Below are positions 36,595 to 50,100 of a stretch of DNA of 64,000 nucleotides, piece after piece. This stretch comes from Paraspadella gotoi (Eukaryota; Animalia; Chaetognatha), in assembly GCA_051294375.1 (NCBI GenBank), contig CM119264.1, positions 19,165,590 to 19,229,589 of the forward strand. The letters run 5' to 3'. The notes under the pieces are model-generated. The model saw only the letters and a program-made list of their open reading frames with translations. It did not search any database and had not been told where the DNA came from. A program made the position numbers and the translations under genes. Positions within the stretch are counted from its first letter, which is position 1. Every line of letters starts with the position of its first letter.

Positions 36595-39111
36595 TAATAA
36601 TTTTTTTTAACCTATAAATCTAGTGATTTTTCTCTTTCTTTATTTTAATTTCATTTTAATAATAATTTTATAATTTATAAATAGTTTATAATTTTTTATA
36701 GTTTTATAATTTTAATAATTTTATAATAGTTTTATAAATTTTTTTTATTTCTAATTTATCATTTTCTTTCATTCTTTAAATCTTCATTCTTTTTTTTTCT
36801 CCTTCATATTTATAGGTCGTGTATTTCTTTATCTTTCTATATTTCTTGTTTCCGTTATTTTCTAATTTATTCCTTCCTCGCTTTCCCTTCTCTCCGCATG
36901 GCAAAAATAACAACAAGGACAATCACCAAGGCAACGACGATCATCTCTTCCTCGTAAGACTCGTCATTTCGCGCCTCCGAATAACCGTTGAGTGCCCCCT
37001 CGAGGATTGCCAGGCTTCGCCACCGCGCGCGAGTTTGACAGTTTGAAAGCGTTTGACGGGGTTAGCGAGAGGTTCAACATCAAGTGGTTCGTGAGCGATG
37101 GCTTGGGACGGTTTTTTAAAAAAAATGAAAGTGGCTTCGTTTTCAAAACTTTTAAAATGCATTTATAAAAATTCAATGAATTACTAAAAAGGATTCGTTT
37201 GTTCATATTAATTTTCAGGATATCGGCTTTTCTAAGGGTACTGTTAAAATTGTTTTAATGTTATTTTTTCTCTAATCTTCTCAGTTGATATTATGGTAAC
37301 TGTCAGTGCTTTTGTGGCGCTCGTTTATTCGTTATTCATCAATTATTTTTATCATTTATTATTTATTCGTTGTATGAAAAAAGGGAGATTTTGTTTGAGA
37401 AAAAAAGTAAGCGAGAGAGTGGCTCACAGAAAAAAAGGCTTCGTCGGTCACGAGATCAACAGACTTCGCCGAAAAAAAGAGGGAAACGTAAAAAACAGGG
37501 ATTCGGGTCAGGGTCCGTGTCGTTCAAAGGTTGAAAGAGCGGATAGGGGGGAGGCGGAGTCACTGACGTTAAAGGGCTGAAACGGCGGAAAAAGGGGAAG
37601 TGGAGCGACTGTGTTTTCAGGGTTGAAAGAGCAGAAGGTGGTGGTGGAGTGACAGGGTTGAAAGGGCGAAAAAGGAGAAGGGGAGCAACTGTTTACTATG
37701 GGTTGAAAAAGCAAAAGGGGGAAGGGGCAGCAAGATCCAATTCAAAAGGTGAAGTTCGTCTGTTGAGAGGAAGTGGGGGAGGAAGAGGGAATGTCATTTA
37801 GAGGCCTTAAGAGAGAAAAGGGAAGATGTGAAGAAAGGGTTGAAAAGTAAGAAATGAGATGAGCAACGTTTTTAAACTTTACAAAAAGATTAATTGTAAA
37901 AGGGAATAGAGAGGTGAGAGAGGTTTGATTTAAGGGGATGGAGTTTGGAATGAAATCGGCAGTGGAGGAAAAATCAGTCATAAACGCTCAGAAACAAGAA
38001 AAGCGGAAAGGTAGCTTCCCCGTTATTTTCTAGAGCTAGCAAAAGAAAAACTAGGAAAGTCATGAAAACCCTGCTCAGTAGGGTGAAGTGAAAGTTTGGA
38101 ATCATAATTTAGCAGTTATATTTTGAAAACTATTATATTAGTGAATAATAATCTGTAGTTATTTTTATTTTTTTATAAATATAGTAGCCCAGTCAGCTTA
38201 TTTTGGTAATATAGTACTACCCTTAATATAATACAAAATTTAAAATGTTTTTTTTTTTATTTCTGAGAACAGATTCAGATTCCTGTTAAATATAAATATT
38301 TTAAAAAATTCGTGTATTAAGTAGATTAAAAATTATAAAAACTTTATTTTTAAGCTGAAAATTAAAAATTAGCATTTTAAATATAGTTTTTTTTATTTTT
38401 GACCAACTTAATAAAATAATTTTTAAAAAAGAATTATACTTTCTTAAATTAACTTTTTGCAAGGTATCCAAATCCGATCTTATAATTTAAAATTTTAGCC
38501 TATTATATATGAATATAGCTTACTGGTGCCCACTAATATATAAAATTAAAAAAAATAATTTACTAAAGTATTTTTATTAGTTTTTATTTTTATGTTTTAT
38601 ATGGTAAATCTTAATTTATAAAATTTTATTATTTTTACATCACGCTACTGCTCAGTGCACAATAAAGCGTTATGAATTTTTTAATATGTCGCAGATTAAT
38701 TTGTGGATTATTTCAAATGAAAATTTAATAAAATAAAATAAATCAAAATTAAATCAAAATTATATAAATGAAGATAAATCAATACATATATAAACATTAT
38801 AGTATGCAAAAAAATTTAGTTTCAATGTTGCAATGCAATTATTTCAATGCAAAGATTGGAAAACAAAAAATTAAGTTTGATTTTAAATTATGATTTCTGG
38901 ATAGGATGTTGACTTAAACATCATTTTTCGCAACTTTCTCTACACAGTGCAGTATCAAATACAGGACAAGAAACTAGGAGAGAAAGGAGTAAGAAAGGGC
39001 CATGCTATTGAAAGGTTAAACTTAAAAAAATTAGTAACGAGGATTTTTTTAATGGCAGGAAAGATCAGGGGTGAACGTTTTGTGTGTGTGTGAGAGAGAA
39101 AGAGAAAGAGC

Positions 39112-39143
<32 letters not shown>

Positions 39144-39336
39144 GAGAGAAAGAGCGAGAGAGAGATAGAGAGAGAGTAGAAACTAATAATATGTAGGCCA
39201 TTTCTGAGATGAGCGAAAAAGCCGTGACTCTCTGTCCTTCGCCTCTCAGGATCGAAGGAGTAGTTTAAATCAAAGTGAAATTCTACTTGTTTGACTTCGC
39301 GTGACGTCTTCACGGTGAAAGGCTTGACCTCCGAAG

Positions 39337-39372
<36 letters not shown>

Positions 39373-40268
39373 GAGAGAGAGAGATCATTTTCACCCTTTC
39401 TATGTCTAGTCCACTACTATTTCTTTTGATATTGCTTTAATGATTTAAAATAATTTAATAAAATTTAATATGACATAACATTNNNNNNNNNNCTAGCACG
39501 AAGAGTGAAAAGGTGAAACTAAAGTTTCGTCGCGCGAATTCAGTTTTTCTCGCTTTTTCCGTCAGGAACGTTCATCGCCGTCAAGGAGAAAGGCGCGATT
39601 ATGTGCGGCCGTCACAGATCTGTCACGTTTCACGGCCGAAGCGAGAGAAAATGAAAATAAAAAAAATCCGATTTCAAACAGAAAAAAAAATTGTGAAGGT
39701 TTTTTTCTGAAAAAAAAAATCTCCAGTAGGAAAATGGTTTCTCGCACGAGGTCTCATACGACCCAGGTATTAAAAATAATATGTAAAGAAACAAAGAAGC
39801 CTCGACGGACGAACATAAATAACGAAAGGGAGGGAAACCAGTTATCGCAGCAGCTTCGTCAATTGACGACGTCAGCTTTAAAATAAAAGTAACGTTGCAA
39901 AAAAAGAAGAAAAGCGTCCATAAACGCTGATGCGTTATGCGATTTAACATATAAGAAAAAAAAAAAACCAACAACCACCATCGCCGAAGTGAAAGAGCAA
40001 GAAACTGTTTTAAAAGTAGCAATCAGTTTTATTTTCAATCGTGGATATTATTGCTAATAAAAGGCCCGAAGTAGACAGCAAAACAAAGTGATCCAATTTG
40101 CGTCAGTGGGAGAAAAAAGTATCAAAACCATTTGGTGAAATGAGAAAAAGCGTCCAGGAAAAAAAATAGGAAAAGGGAGAAAAAATCGTGGAAGCCATCA
40201 TCAAAAAAATCATAAAAAGCACCGACGCCAAGAGTCGTTCGTTAACGGTTTCCTCGCGGGAGACGACG

Positions 40269-40270
<2 letters not shown>

Positions 40271-40318
<48 letters not shown>
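40271..40318 (+). repeat. (GAC)n microsatellite
   Basis: Direct reading; it explains the poly-T, poly-V and poly-R ORFs. Confidence 0.95.
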
Positions 40319-41321
40319 AACCAATGATGACAACGATGTCGTCGACGTCGTCGGGAGAGAAAAAAAAATTAATGCTTTTAAAATTATCTCTTGTTCCTCT
40401 CTTTAAGAAAACGTTCTTCTTTTTTCCCCGCTTTATTGTCGACATCTCCATTCCACGCAAAAATTGTCTCGCGGCTTTTATTCTTTACGATCTTTTTTTT
40501 TTTTTTTTTTGAACAAGGAAACAACCTCTCTCTTTCCCGACTCTCTCTTTGGTCTCTCTTTATTCTTCGACGGAATTCGTTTTCATCTTCTTTTTCCTCT
40601 TTCACCAATCGCTTCTTTCTCTCCTGCGCTCTGTTCGCACTTTCTTTTCATATCTCCATGATTTCTTGACACTTACTTTCATCACTCGGGGGCGGCGTAG
40701 CGTTGGCGTCCTATTAAATTTATTGTGCTGTGTGGAGTAACTGAAAAAAATGATTAATTTAAAAAGTATATATTGATATCTTGTCAATGTCTTAACAGGA
40801 TCCATCCCCGATCATTCGCCGCTAGGATCTACCCACGGCCTCAGGCGCGACATTTTTTTCGCTGCTGTCATTCATTTTAGTTTTTCCGCTCGATTCGCGT
40901 GACGTCAATGTTCCTTTGTAACCAATTTTCTTCTTTCCATTTTCTGTTTTTCTTTCTTTCTTTCCAAACTTACCTCTCCCGAAAAAAAAATTTTTTTTTT
41001 CCCTTTCCCCTTCTCTTTTTCTGGGATCGCCCTTCTATCGCCGCAAGTTCCGTCTCCCTTCTTCGATTTCTTTTCCCCAGATTGCTTTTCCATGCTCCCT
41101 TTCCTTTTCCCGAGAAAAATGTCCGTCTCCCAAGTTTGCTAGATAATCAGGCCAAAGGGACTCCATCACAAACACCATCAGGAAACTGAGAAAGCCGCCG
41201 CTCCCACCGTTTCATTGTTCAATCCCTTTTTAGTGTGTGGTTTTGTGTGAGTTGGTTAGAAAAGAGAGAGAAGAGGAGAGAGACAAAGAAAGAGATGGAG
41301 AGAGAAAGCGAATTTGAGAAA

Positions 41322-41393
<72 letters not shown>

Positions 41394-42066
41394 GAGAGAG
41401 AACGACCGTGGAACCAAAAATCCCCCACGAGTGCAATTTTTTTTCCAGTTAGAAAAAGTGCAAATAGTTTTGGAGACCAAATTAATTTGGTTTGGATGAA
41501 TTTAGAGAAAGCAGAAAAAATAAATTTAAGTAGGAAAAAAAGAAAGTTTCAAAAACGGTTTTAAGGAGTACACAAATGTTTTTTAAAAGGATGTAAAAAT
41601 GGCGCAAAACTTTTTAGCAGTTCGAGGTCGGTTGGTTGTATATCCTTGACTGACGGCAATAAAATTTTATTTGAAGCTGGAAAGCTCCCCTCTGGTTTAA
41701 GAAAAAAGAAAATTGAAAGATAAGAAGGGAACAGAGAAATTTCAAGGCTTTCAATGTCTCGAAATAGTAGTCTTGAATGTTACGAAAGAAAGCTTTTTCT
41801 TTTTTTGTAGCCTTTAAGGTGCTAAAAACATCCAACATGACGGCCTAATCCACTAAAATCGATTTCTCTTTTGTTTGCTTAGGACATGAAGGTTCTGTCG
41901 ATAGGAGGCATGATCGTCGACGTCGCCATCAAATCCTCTAAATATGGATTCGGACGAAGAAACAAATTCTATCTCCTTCATATTTACGACGTTCAGCTCG
42001 GTGAGTCTCTCGATGGATGTAAGAAATCGCGAAAAGAGTTGAATAAAAAGGGAAAGCTGAAAGTTA

Positions 42067-42424
42067 CACGGATTTCAAATCGGAGTGAAATGAAAAGATT
42101 TGTTTTTACTCTTAAATGACTCAATATGATTTATATTTTATCATTTCATTAGTTAGAAAATTCCCTGACGTTTAGGTTCCTATATTTATTACAAATTAAG
42201 AATAATTTACATCATAACAACTGCGCTTGCTTTCTAGCAGCTTTTTTTGTAGAATTTTTCCCCTTTTATTTGATAATTGAATTTTAAACTCATTGTAAAT
42301 GGGATTTAGAAAATAAAAAAACGTCAGCGATTTCTTTATTAGGGTGCAAAATCTGAAGTTGCTATAACAAATACTTTAGTCACAGTATTTGATCCTTTCA
42401 TTTCACTCCCATTTGAAATCCGTG
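42067..42424. mobile_element. Tc1/mariner-type MITE (family 1) with TA target-site duplication
   Basis: TA|CACGGATTTCAAATCGGAGTGAAATGAAA ... TTTCATTTCACTCCCATTTGAAATCCGTG|TA, with ~29-bp TIRs. Other copies at 2503-3119 and 54923-55279. Confidence 0.88.
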
Positions 42425-43270
42425 TAGAACGTGGATGATGCGATTAGGAAAAGTTAGGAAAATACAGATGGAGACACGGAAAGGAGATTAAAAGTTGAGA
42501 GTTGAGAAGAAGGACATGACAATGTTTAAGTCTCAGGAAAACTAAAGATATATACAATGATATGACGGCGGCAATAAAACACTGGTGTAGAAAGCCAAAT
42601 AAAACCTCGATTGGCAAAAATTACCAATCTGTAATAAAAAGAAAATAAAAACACTATAAAACCTCGGCGCTGAATTGTTTCGAGCACACGACAATATCGG
42701 ATACTAAACCAAAGTGATAATTATTTTTCGCCATCTACTTTTCTTGCCAGATTTATCGACCGATCTCGAGGGAAAAAAACAACTAAGTCATATCTAGAAA
42801 TAGACAAAAAAACAAACAAACCCGAAGTTCCCCCGCGAGATCTTGCTTAATCCCATCGTCGATTAATTCGGACAGACGCGGTCGTCATCACGTACAGAGG
42901 AGCAGCGATATTACGACCCTCGAAGGGGAATCCATCCCTTTGCTCGTTTGTCCGTCCCCCGCGCCCCCTTTGCCCTCCTCGTGGAGAGCGAGTCGCGGAC
43001 TCGTCGTTCCGTCTGTCATTTAGCTTGTCATGTCTCATTCTTGAAATGACCCGCTCGGATCCTCTCCTCGTCTTCTGACCTTGAGAACATAATAGGACGT
43101 GAGGAAAGGGTGACCGAGAGGAAGAAGGAGGGAGGCAGGGAGAAAAAAGCCAATAAAAATTCATTTCGAGTCAGGGAGATGGAGAAGGAAGGAGGAATAA
43201 AGAAAAGGGAAGAAAGAAAGATAAATAAGTAAAGAGATAGAAAGATAGATAGATAGATCTGAGAATTTAC

Positions 43271-43300
43271 GAAAGAAAGAAAGAAAGAAAGAAAGAAAGC

Positions 43301-43380
<80 letters not shown>

Positions 43381-43381
43381 A
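43271..43381 (+). repeat. (GAAA)n microsatellite
   Basis: Direct reading. Similar tracts occur at ~25910-25994 and ~56177-56260. Confidence 0.95.
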
Positions 43382-44320
43382 TAAAAATAAAAATAGAATA
43401 AAAGAGAGGGCAGGCAATAAAAACTCATTCTCTCCCTTCCAGCCGACGCCGGCCGATACAAATGCTCCAACGCTGTTATGCTTTCCTTGGTGGTGATGGA
43501 ACCGCCGTCGTGTCACCCAAACCCAGATCTCACCATCGCCTGGAAGTTGCAATCTCAAAAAAGTGAGTTTGGGCTCCGTTGATTTAATCTTTTTTACGAT
43601 TTTTTTTAATTTAGATAAGTGCCAAGTAACAAAGCGAGTGAGGTGAAAACTGAAAAAGGCTTGTGAAATTCAAATAAATTAAAAANNNNNNNNNNAAATA
43701 AATTTATATCTAAAAAATTCCGTAAATAATTCTTAAGGATCGAATTTACTAAAATCTCGAGAATTTTCTCATCGTTTTNNNNNNNNNNNNNNNNNNNNNN
43801 NNNNNNNNNNNNNNNNNNNNNNNNNNNNNNNNNNNNNNNNNNNNNNNNNNNNNNNNNNNNNNNNNNNNNNNNNNNNNNNNNNNNNNNNNNNNNNNNNNNN
43901 NNNNNNNNNNNNNNNNNNNNNNNNNNNNNNNNNNNNNNNNNNNNNNNNNNNNNNNNNNNNNNNNNNNNNNNNNNNNNNNNNNNNNNNNNNNNNNNNNNNN
44001 NNNNNNNNNNNNNNNNNNNNNNNNNNNNNNNNNNCAACTTATAGTCACCTGAATCTTTTCGGCTCTTTTCAAGAAACATAACTATTCTTTGCCCTTTTCG
44101 GGCGACTGACCAGTGACCACTGACCACGAAGTTTCTAGAGAGTGAAATGGTTCAATTCAGTATCTACTTGGTTCCTTCGTTTTGCGTTCAACTGTGTGGC
44201 CACATTCTGATTGATTGACATCTTCAGTCTACACTACAGTTCCGTAGCCCTCTTCCCCACCTAATAACGAGCGGTTTTGTCATTTTAGCATCTTCAAGAA
44301 ACTTTTTATCGTTCGTCCGC

Positions 44321-44557
44321 TCCGTGAAGACGTTAAAGGAGAGAACAAATTTCCGCTGAAGACGATTAAAGGAGAGAACAATTTCCGTGAAGAACGTTAA
44401 AGGAAGAACCAAATTTCCGTTGTGAAGACCGTTAAAAGCGAGCAGAACAAATTTCCCTCTGTGAAGGGACGTTAAAGGAGAGAACAAATTTTCCGTTGAG
44501 GACGTTAAAGGAAGAACAAATTTCCGTGAAGACGTTAAAGGAGAGAACAAATTTCCG
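44321..44557 (+). repeat. 31-bp minisatellite (CCGTGAAGACGTTAAAGGAGAGAACAAATTT), about 7 noisy units
   Basis: Head-to-tail units without spacers. About 5 cleaner units lie at 57766-57923. Confidence 0.9.
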
Positions 44558-45182
44558 TGTCGTTAAATCAGGATTACGTCGAATCTTCACCCGGGGCAAA
44601 TTGCGTTGACGAGAAAAAACAAATCCAGGCACTGTCCAGTGTGCACACCGTCACGGGGAATCAAGGCGACCACGTCTGGCTTCCTGCGCGTCAACTTCCA
44701 GAGGTTTCTTTCAGGCATAATACATATAAGGTTATTTTGTGAATCAGCTGTCATGTAATTTTTGATTTGTTTTCACCATTTAGAAAAATCCTGTTTGAAA
44801 AAAAAATTTCAAATTAAAGTCGTCGATGGTTCAAAAAAAGACTGGATTCTTTTTTATTAAATGAATAAAAATTAGGATCAAAAACCTTTTGGGAAATAAT
44901 TCTGGAATCGAAAACCAGATGGTGCCCACCGTCACAGCCCAGCCTGATTTGTCGTCTTACAATTCCGGTCGATTGCCGCCGAGTTCCAGCGAGATTCAAG
45001 CGATAATCATTATTCCCTAAGAGAGCAAAATGAAACAAAATTTATCGATGATCATAATATGCAGATTTTTTTATACAGATTTTTTTATACAAATCAATAA
45101 AATAAAGAGTGGTCTTTTCATACAATTGAAACATTCTTTGAAATATTTTCCAGTTCATTGATAGGGATGCCAGGTACTCTGG

Positions 45183-45361
45183 GAGTGAATAAACGAGACT
45201 GTGAGAGAGTCTTGATTGAAAGCTTGCAGGGACCTGCTATGTCATTATCTTGTAAGAGTGATGGAGGCCTTAAACCACCAAAGCCTGTCCAAAGTCAGGG
45301 GCAAGATAGCTTATTTATTAAATGAATGGATAATTTTTATATTGGTTGTACCAATTTCATA
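45183..45361 (+). repeat. Dispersed repeat family 2 copy
   Basis: Near-identical to 9493-9678. Confidence 0.85.
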
Positions 45362-46038
45362 AAAAAGTTCTTCCTTTTGTTGCGATAATTCCAAAACACC
45401 AACTAAAGACTAAAGCGCAATTTCGTCCCGGGCGTCGGAAAAAAAACACCGACAAAAAAGAAAACGTCACATTAATTAAAAATTAAAGGTCGAAAGAAGG
45501 AGGAAAAAGAAGAAAGAGGGGAAAGGGAGGGAGGGAGGGAGGCTTCAAGAAAAAAGGTCATCAACGGGAATCGAGTGAAAATTGGATGAAATCAACGGAG
45601 AAAAAAATGAATAATTCATTTTCCCTTCAGTTTCAATTTACGACGATTCCCGCTCTCTCTCTCTCTCTCTCTCTCTCTGTCGTCCTCCAGTCTCTCTTAT
45701 CAGCCTTCGTCGCTTCCTCTCCTCCTTCGTTCGATGCTGGTCAGGTCGTCTATCTCTCCTCCTCTCTCCTCTCTTCTCTCTCCCCTCTCTTCACTATCTG
45801 ACTTCTAACTTGTAATTCTACAGATCTTCTTTCTCTTTTTGATCTCGAATCGCATCTCGATCTCAAGATTCTACTCGAAATTGCCGAGTGTGCTCGGTGA
45901 GCAGTGAGCGGTGAGGCGTGAGGACTGAGGAGCCAAAAAAGCTAGATGAAATCGCGATTGTGAGAACTGCTGGTTTTCAGAAGGGACGAGAACGGAAGTC
46001 GTTGTGAATCGTGAGGAATCATTCATATTCGTGAGTTG

Positions 46039-46121
<83 letters not shown>

Positions 46122-47154
46122 AGAGAGATAAACAGGCGACCTTCGTCCGTTTTGACGTCGTTTGTACGTTAATGCACTCTCCACACGCCGTTCGGTTCGC
46201 GGTCTTTCACTCTGACTTCAAAAGAGATAAACAATTTTCGACGTAGGTTTTCTTTTCGCAAACGAAGTGGAAAATAGTCGGACATAAAACATGTATTCAT
46301 CATTAATGTCTGTCGAAGGAGGTTATTCTCGTTAGGCATCGCTTCGTCATCATTCGTTACAAACAAATTGAAAATCTATACAGGTTTTTTTTTTTATTTT
46401 TCCTCTTTCAACCATTGATTAATCTTTATTGCTTTCCGATTTTTTCTCTGTCAACCTCCTTCCTTTCGGCTTCTCCGTATTTTCTCGTTTGCCTACCAAC
46501 TTCGTTAGTCTGTCTGTCGGTCCGTCCGTCCGTCCGTCCGCCAATTCCTCCGTTTCTATTCCTCCTCTCATTCCCCTCCTCCTCTTTAGAAGATCACAAG
46601 GCTCAAATTCTGCGCTAATTAAAAACATTACTCTGAACGTTGTAACCTCCGAGAAAAAGAGAACCNNNNNNNNNNNNNNNNNNNNNNNNNAACAACGAGA
46701 AGGATAGTTCTTCCGCATTTCTTTCTTTCTCCAAGCTTCTTTCATCGCATCTCATCCTCTTCGCTGCCTACATCCGTCCTTACGTCTTTCTCTCATCACC
46801 AGCCCACACACCCCCCACGCGCATTTTCTCTCTCCAAGTTTTTCAACCCGCCACCACGCTCCGCCCACTTATCTCTTCTTCCCCCCCACCGCCCTCCTCC
46901 TTCTCCAGCCCATACGCCATTTTTACTCCAACGTTTTTCAGCCGCATTTTCTTTCGCTGCCTGTCATTCATTTTAAGTCCTCTTTTCCGTTCACTTCCTT
47001 CAAGGCCCATTTTCTCTTCGCTGCTGTAGGCTGCTCGCGTGCCCCGTTTATAGTCGGGCCACCTGGAGCCGGTCGCCTTCAACCTCGTCTCCGTGCCGGG
47101 ATAACGGCCGGGGGCGGCTAGCAGATTGCGCTCGTTACGCGCGTCGGGCAAATG

Positions 47155-50100
47155 AGGCACTCATTCATTTTAGTTTTTTCGGCATTTTTCGAGTTTTTCA
47201 GGCATTTTTTTTCGCTGCTGTCATTACTTTTAGTTTTCGGCATTTTTTCGTTTTGTTCAGGCGCATTTTTTTTTTCACGTTTTCAGAGCACTTTTTCAAA
47301 GTTTTTTGTCCAGGCCATTTTCTTTCGCTGCTGTCATTCATTTTAGTTTTTCCGCATTTTTTTCCAGTTTTTCAGGCATTTTTTTTCAGTTTTTCAGGCA
47401 TTTTTTTAGTTTTTTCCAGGCATTTCTTTCGCTGCTTGTCATTCATTTTAGTTTTTTTCCGGCATTTTTCAGTTTTTCAGGCGATTTTTGTCAAGTTTTT
47501 TTTCAGGCACTTTTCTTTCGGCTGCTGTCATTCATTTTAGTTTTTCGGCATTTTTCAGTTTTTCAGGCATTTTTTTTCAGTTTTCAGGGCATTTTCTTTC
47601 GCTGCTGTCATTCATTTAGTTTTTCGTTCCGGCCATTTTTTCAGTTTTTTTTTACGCGCATCTTTTTTTCAGTTTTTCCAGGCATTTTTATCGCTGTGTA
47701 TTCATTTTAGTTTTTCCGGCCATTTTTTTTCGTTTTTTCAGGCATTTTCTTTCGCTGTCGCTTCGTCCATTTCATACTTAGTTTTTTCGGCTTCTCCTTC
47801 TCGCTGCTCGTCCATCATCCTTAGTTCTTCTCGATTCTTCTTGCCTCCGCCTCCATTCATCTCTCTTAACGCTCTCTTTACGCGCCATCTTTCTTTCGCC
47901 TGCTCTCCGCTCATCTCTCACTCCTTTCAGCTCTCCTCTTCCCGCGCAACTCCCTCTCTCTCTCGCTCGCCTCCGCTCCCATCTCTCTTTCAACGCTCTC
48001 TTCGCGCATTCTCTCTTTCGCCTCGCTCCGCTCACTCCATCTCTCCTCACGCTCTCTCTCTCCGCGCACTTCCTCTCCTCTTCGCCTGCCTCCGCTCATT
48101 CCATCTCTCACGCTCTCTCTCTCGCGCACTCTCTTCTCTTCCCGCTCGCCTCGCACTCTCACTCTTCACGCTCTCTCTCCGGGCATTTTCTTTCAAACAT
48201 TGCTGTCATTTCATATTTAAGTTTTTTCCGCCGCCATTTTCTCTTTGCTGCTGTCATCTCACTTTTCAGTTTTTACCGGCATTTTCTTTCGCTGCTGTCA
48301 TTCATTTAGTTTTCCGGCATTTTTTTTCAAGTTTTTCAGGCATTTTTCCTTTCGCTGCTGTCATTCATCGTTCTATTTCTTCCGCGATCTTTTCAGTTTT
48401 CAGGCATTTCTTATTGCTGCTCCGCTCATCTATTCTACGCTCTCTTTCGCCCATCTCTTCCTCTCCTGCTCGCCCGTCCACTCACTACGTCTCTCCTTCT
48501 CCGCCGCATTTTCTTTCGCTGCCGCTCATCTCCATCTCTCTCAGCTCTCTCTTCGCGCATTCTTTTCTCTCGCTCTGTCAATTCATTTTAGTTTCCCGGC
48601 ATTTTCTTTCGCTGCTGTCATTCATTTTAGTTTTTCCGGCATTTTCTTTAGCTTGCTGTCATTCATTATTAGTTTTTCCTGGCATTTTCTTATCTTCGCT
48701 GCTGTCATTCTCATTTTAGTTTTTTCCGGCATTTTCTTTTGCTGCTGTCAAATTAATTTTAGTTTTTCCGGCAATTTGGTTCTTCGCTGCTGTCATTTCA
48801 TTTACTAGTCTTTTCCGCATTTTCTTTTGCTGCTGTCATTTCATTTAGTTTTTCCGGCATTTTCTTTCGCTGCTGTCATTCATTTTAGTTTTCCCGGCTT
48901 TTTTGCAGTTTTTTTCAGGCATTTTTCTTTCGCTGCTGTTCCATTCATTTTAGTTTTTCCGGCATTTTTTTCAGTTTTTCCGCATTTCTTTCGCTGCTGT
49001 CATTCATTTAGTTTTTCCGGCATTTCTTTCGCTGCTGTCATTCATTTTTAGCTTTTCCCGGCATTTTTCTTTCGCTGCTGTCCTTTCATTTTAGTTTTTT
49101 TCCGGCATTTTCTTTCGCTGCTGTCATTCATTTTAGTTTTTCCGGCATTTTCTTTCGCTGCTGTCATTCATGTTTTAGTTTTTTCCGAGCATTTTCTTTC
49201 GCTGCTCGTCATTCATTTTAGTTTTTTCCGGCATTGTTTCTTTCGCTGCTGTCCATTCAATTTTAGTTTTTTCCCCGGCCATTTTTCTTTCGCTGCTGTG
49301 CATCATTTTAGTTTTTCCGGCATTTTCTTTTTCGCTGCTGTCAATCATTATATAGTTTTTTTTTCCGGCATTTTCTTTCGCTGCTGTCCATTCATTTTAG
49401 TTTTTTCCGGCATTTTTATCAGTTTTTACAACGGCCATTTCTTTTCGCTGCCTGTCATTCAATTTTACGTTTTTTCCGGCATTTTTTTTTCAGTTTTTCA
49501 CAGAGCATTTGTCTTTCGCTGCTGTCATTCATTTTAGTTTTTTCCGGCATTTTTTCAGTTTTTCAGGCATATTTTTCAGTTTTTCAAGGGCATTTTTTCA
49601 AGTTTTTCCAGGCATTTTCTTTCGCTGCTGTCAATTCATTTTAGTTTTTTCCGGCATTTTTCAGGCATTTTCTTTCGCTGCTGTCATCAATTTTAGTTTT
49701 CCGCATTTCCGGCATTTTTTCAGTTTTTCAGGCATTTTTTTTCGCTGCTAGTCCATTCATTTTAGTTTTTCCGGCATTTTTTTCAGTTTTCAGGCATTTT
49801 TTTCAGTTTTTCAGGCATTTTTTCAGTTTATTTCAGGCATTTCTTTCGCTGCTGTCATTCATTTTAGTTTCCGGCATTTTTTTCATTTTTCAGGCATTTT
49901 TTCAGTTTTTTCAGGCATTTTTTTTCAAGTTTTTTCTCCAGCATTTTCTTTTCGCTGCTGTCAATTCATAGTTTAGTTTTTCCGGGCATTTTTTTCAAGT
50001 TTTCAGGCATTTTTTCAGTTTTTCAGGCATTTTTTTCGCTGGCTGTCATCATTTTAAGTTTTTTTTCCGGCATTCACTTCTTTCGTGCTGTCCATTCATT

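Larger units (their letters stand above)
40850..46665 (+). repeat. Direct segmental duplication, copy 1 (partner 53655-59978)
   Basis: Colinear near-identity from TTCGCTGCTGTCATTCATTTTAG...CGCGTGACGTCAA to GTAACCTCCGAGAAAAAGA. It ends exactly at a 25-N gap. Confidence 0.95.

Noticed and set aside
44321-44557. 31-bp repeats of CRISPR-like length
   Set aside because: The units are head-to-tail with no unique spacers, there are no cas genes and the context is eukaryotic. It is a minisatellite.
46691-47155. Unique-looking GC/CT-rich sequence after the 25-N gap
   Set aside because: It contains distorted satellite units and looks like the low-quality end of a long read, so it is not interpretable.
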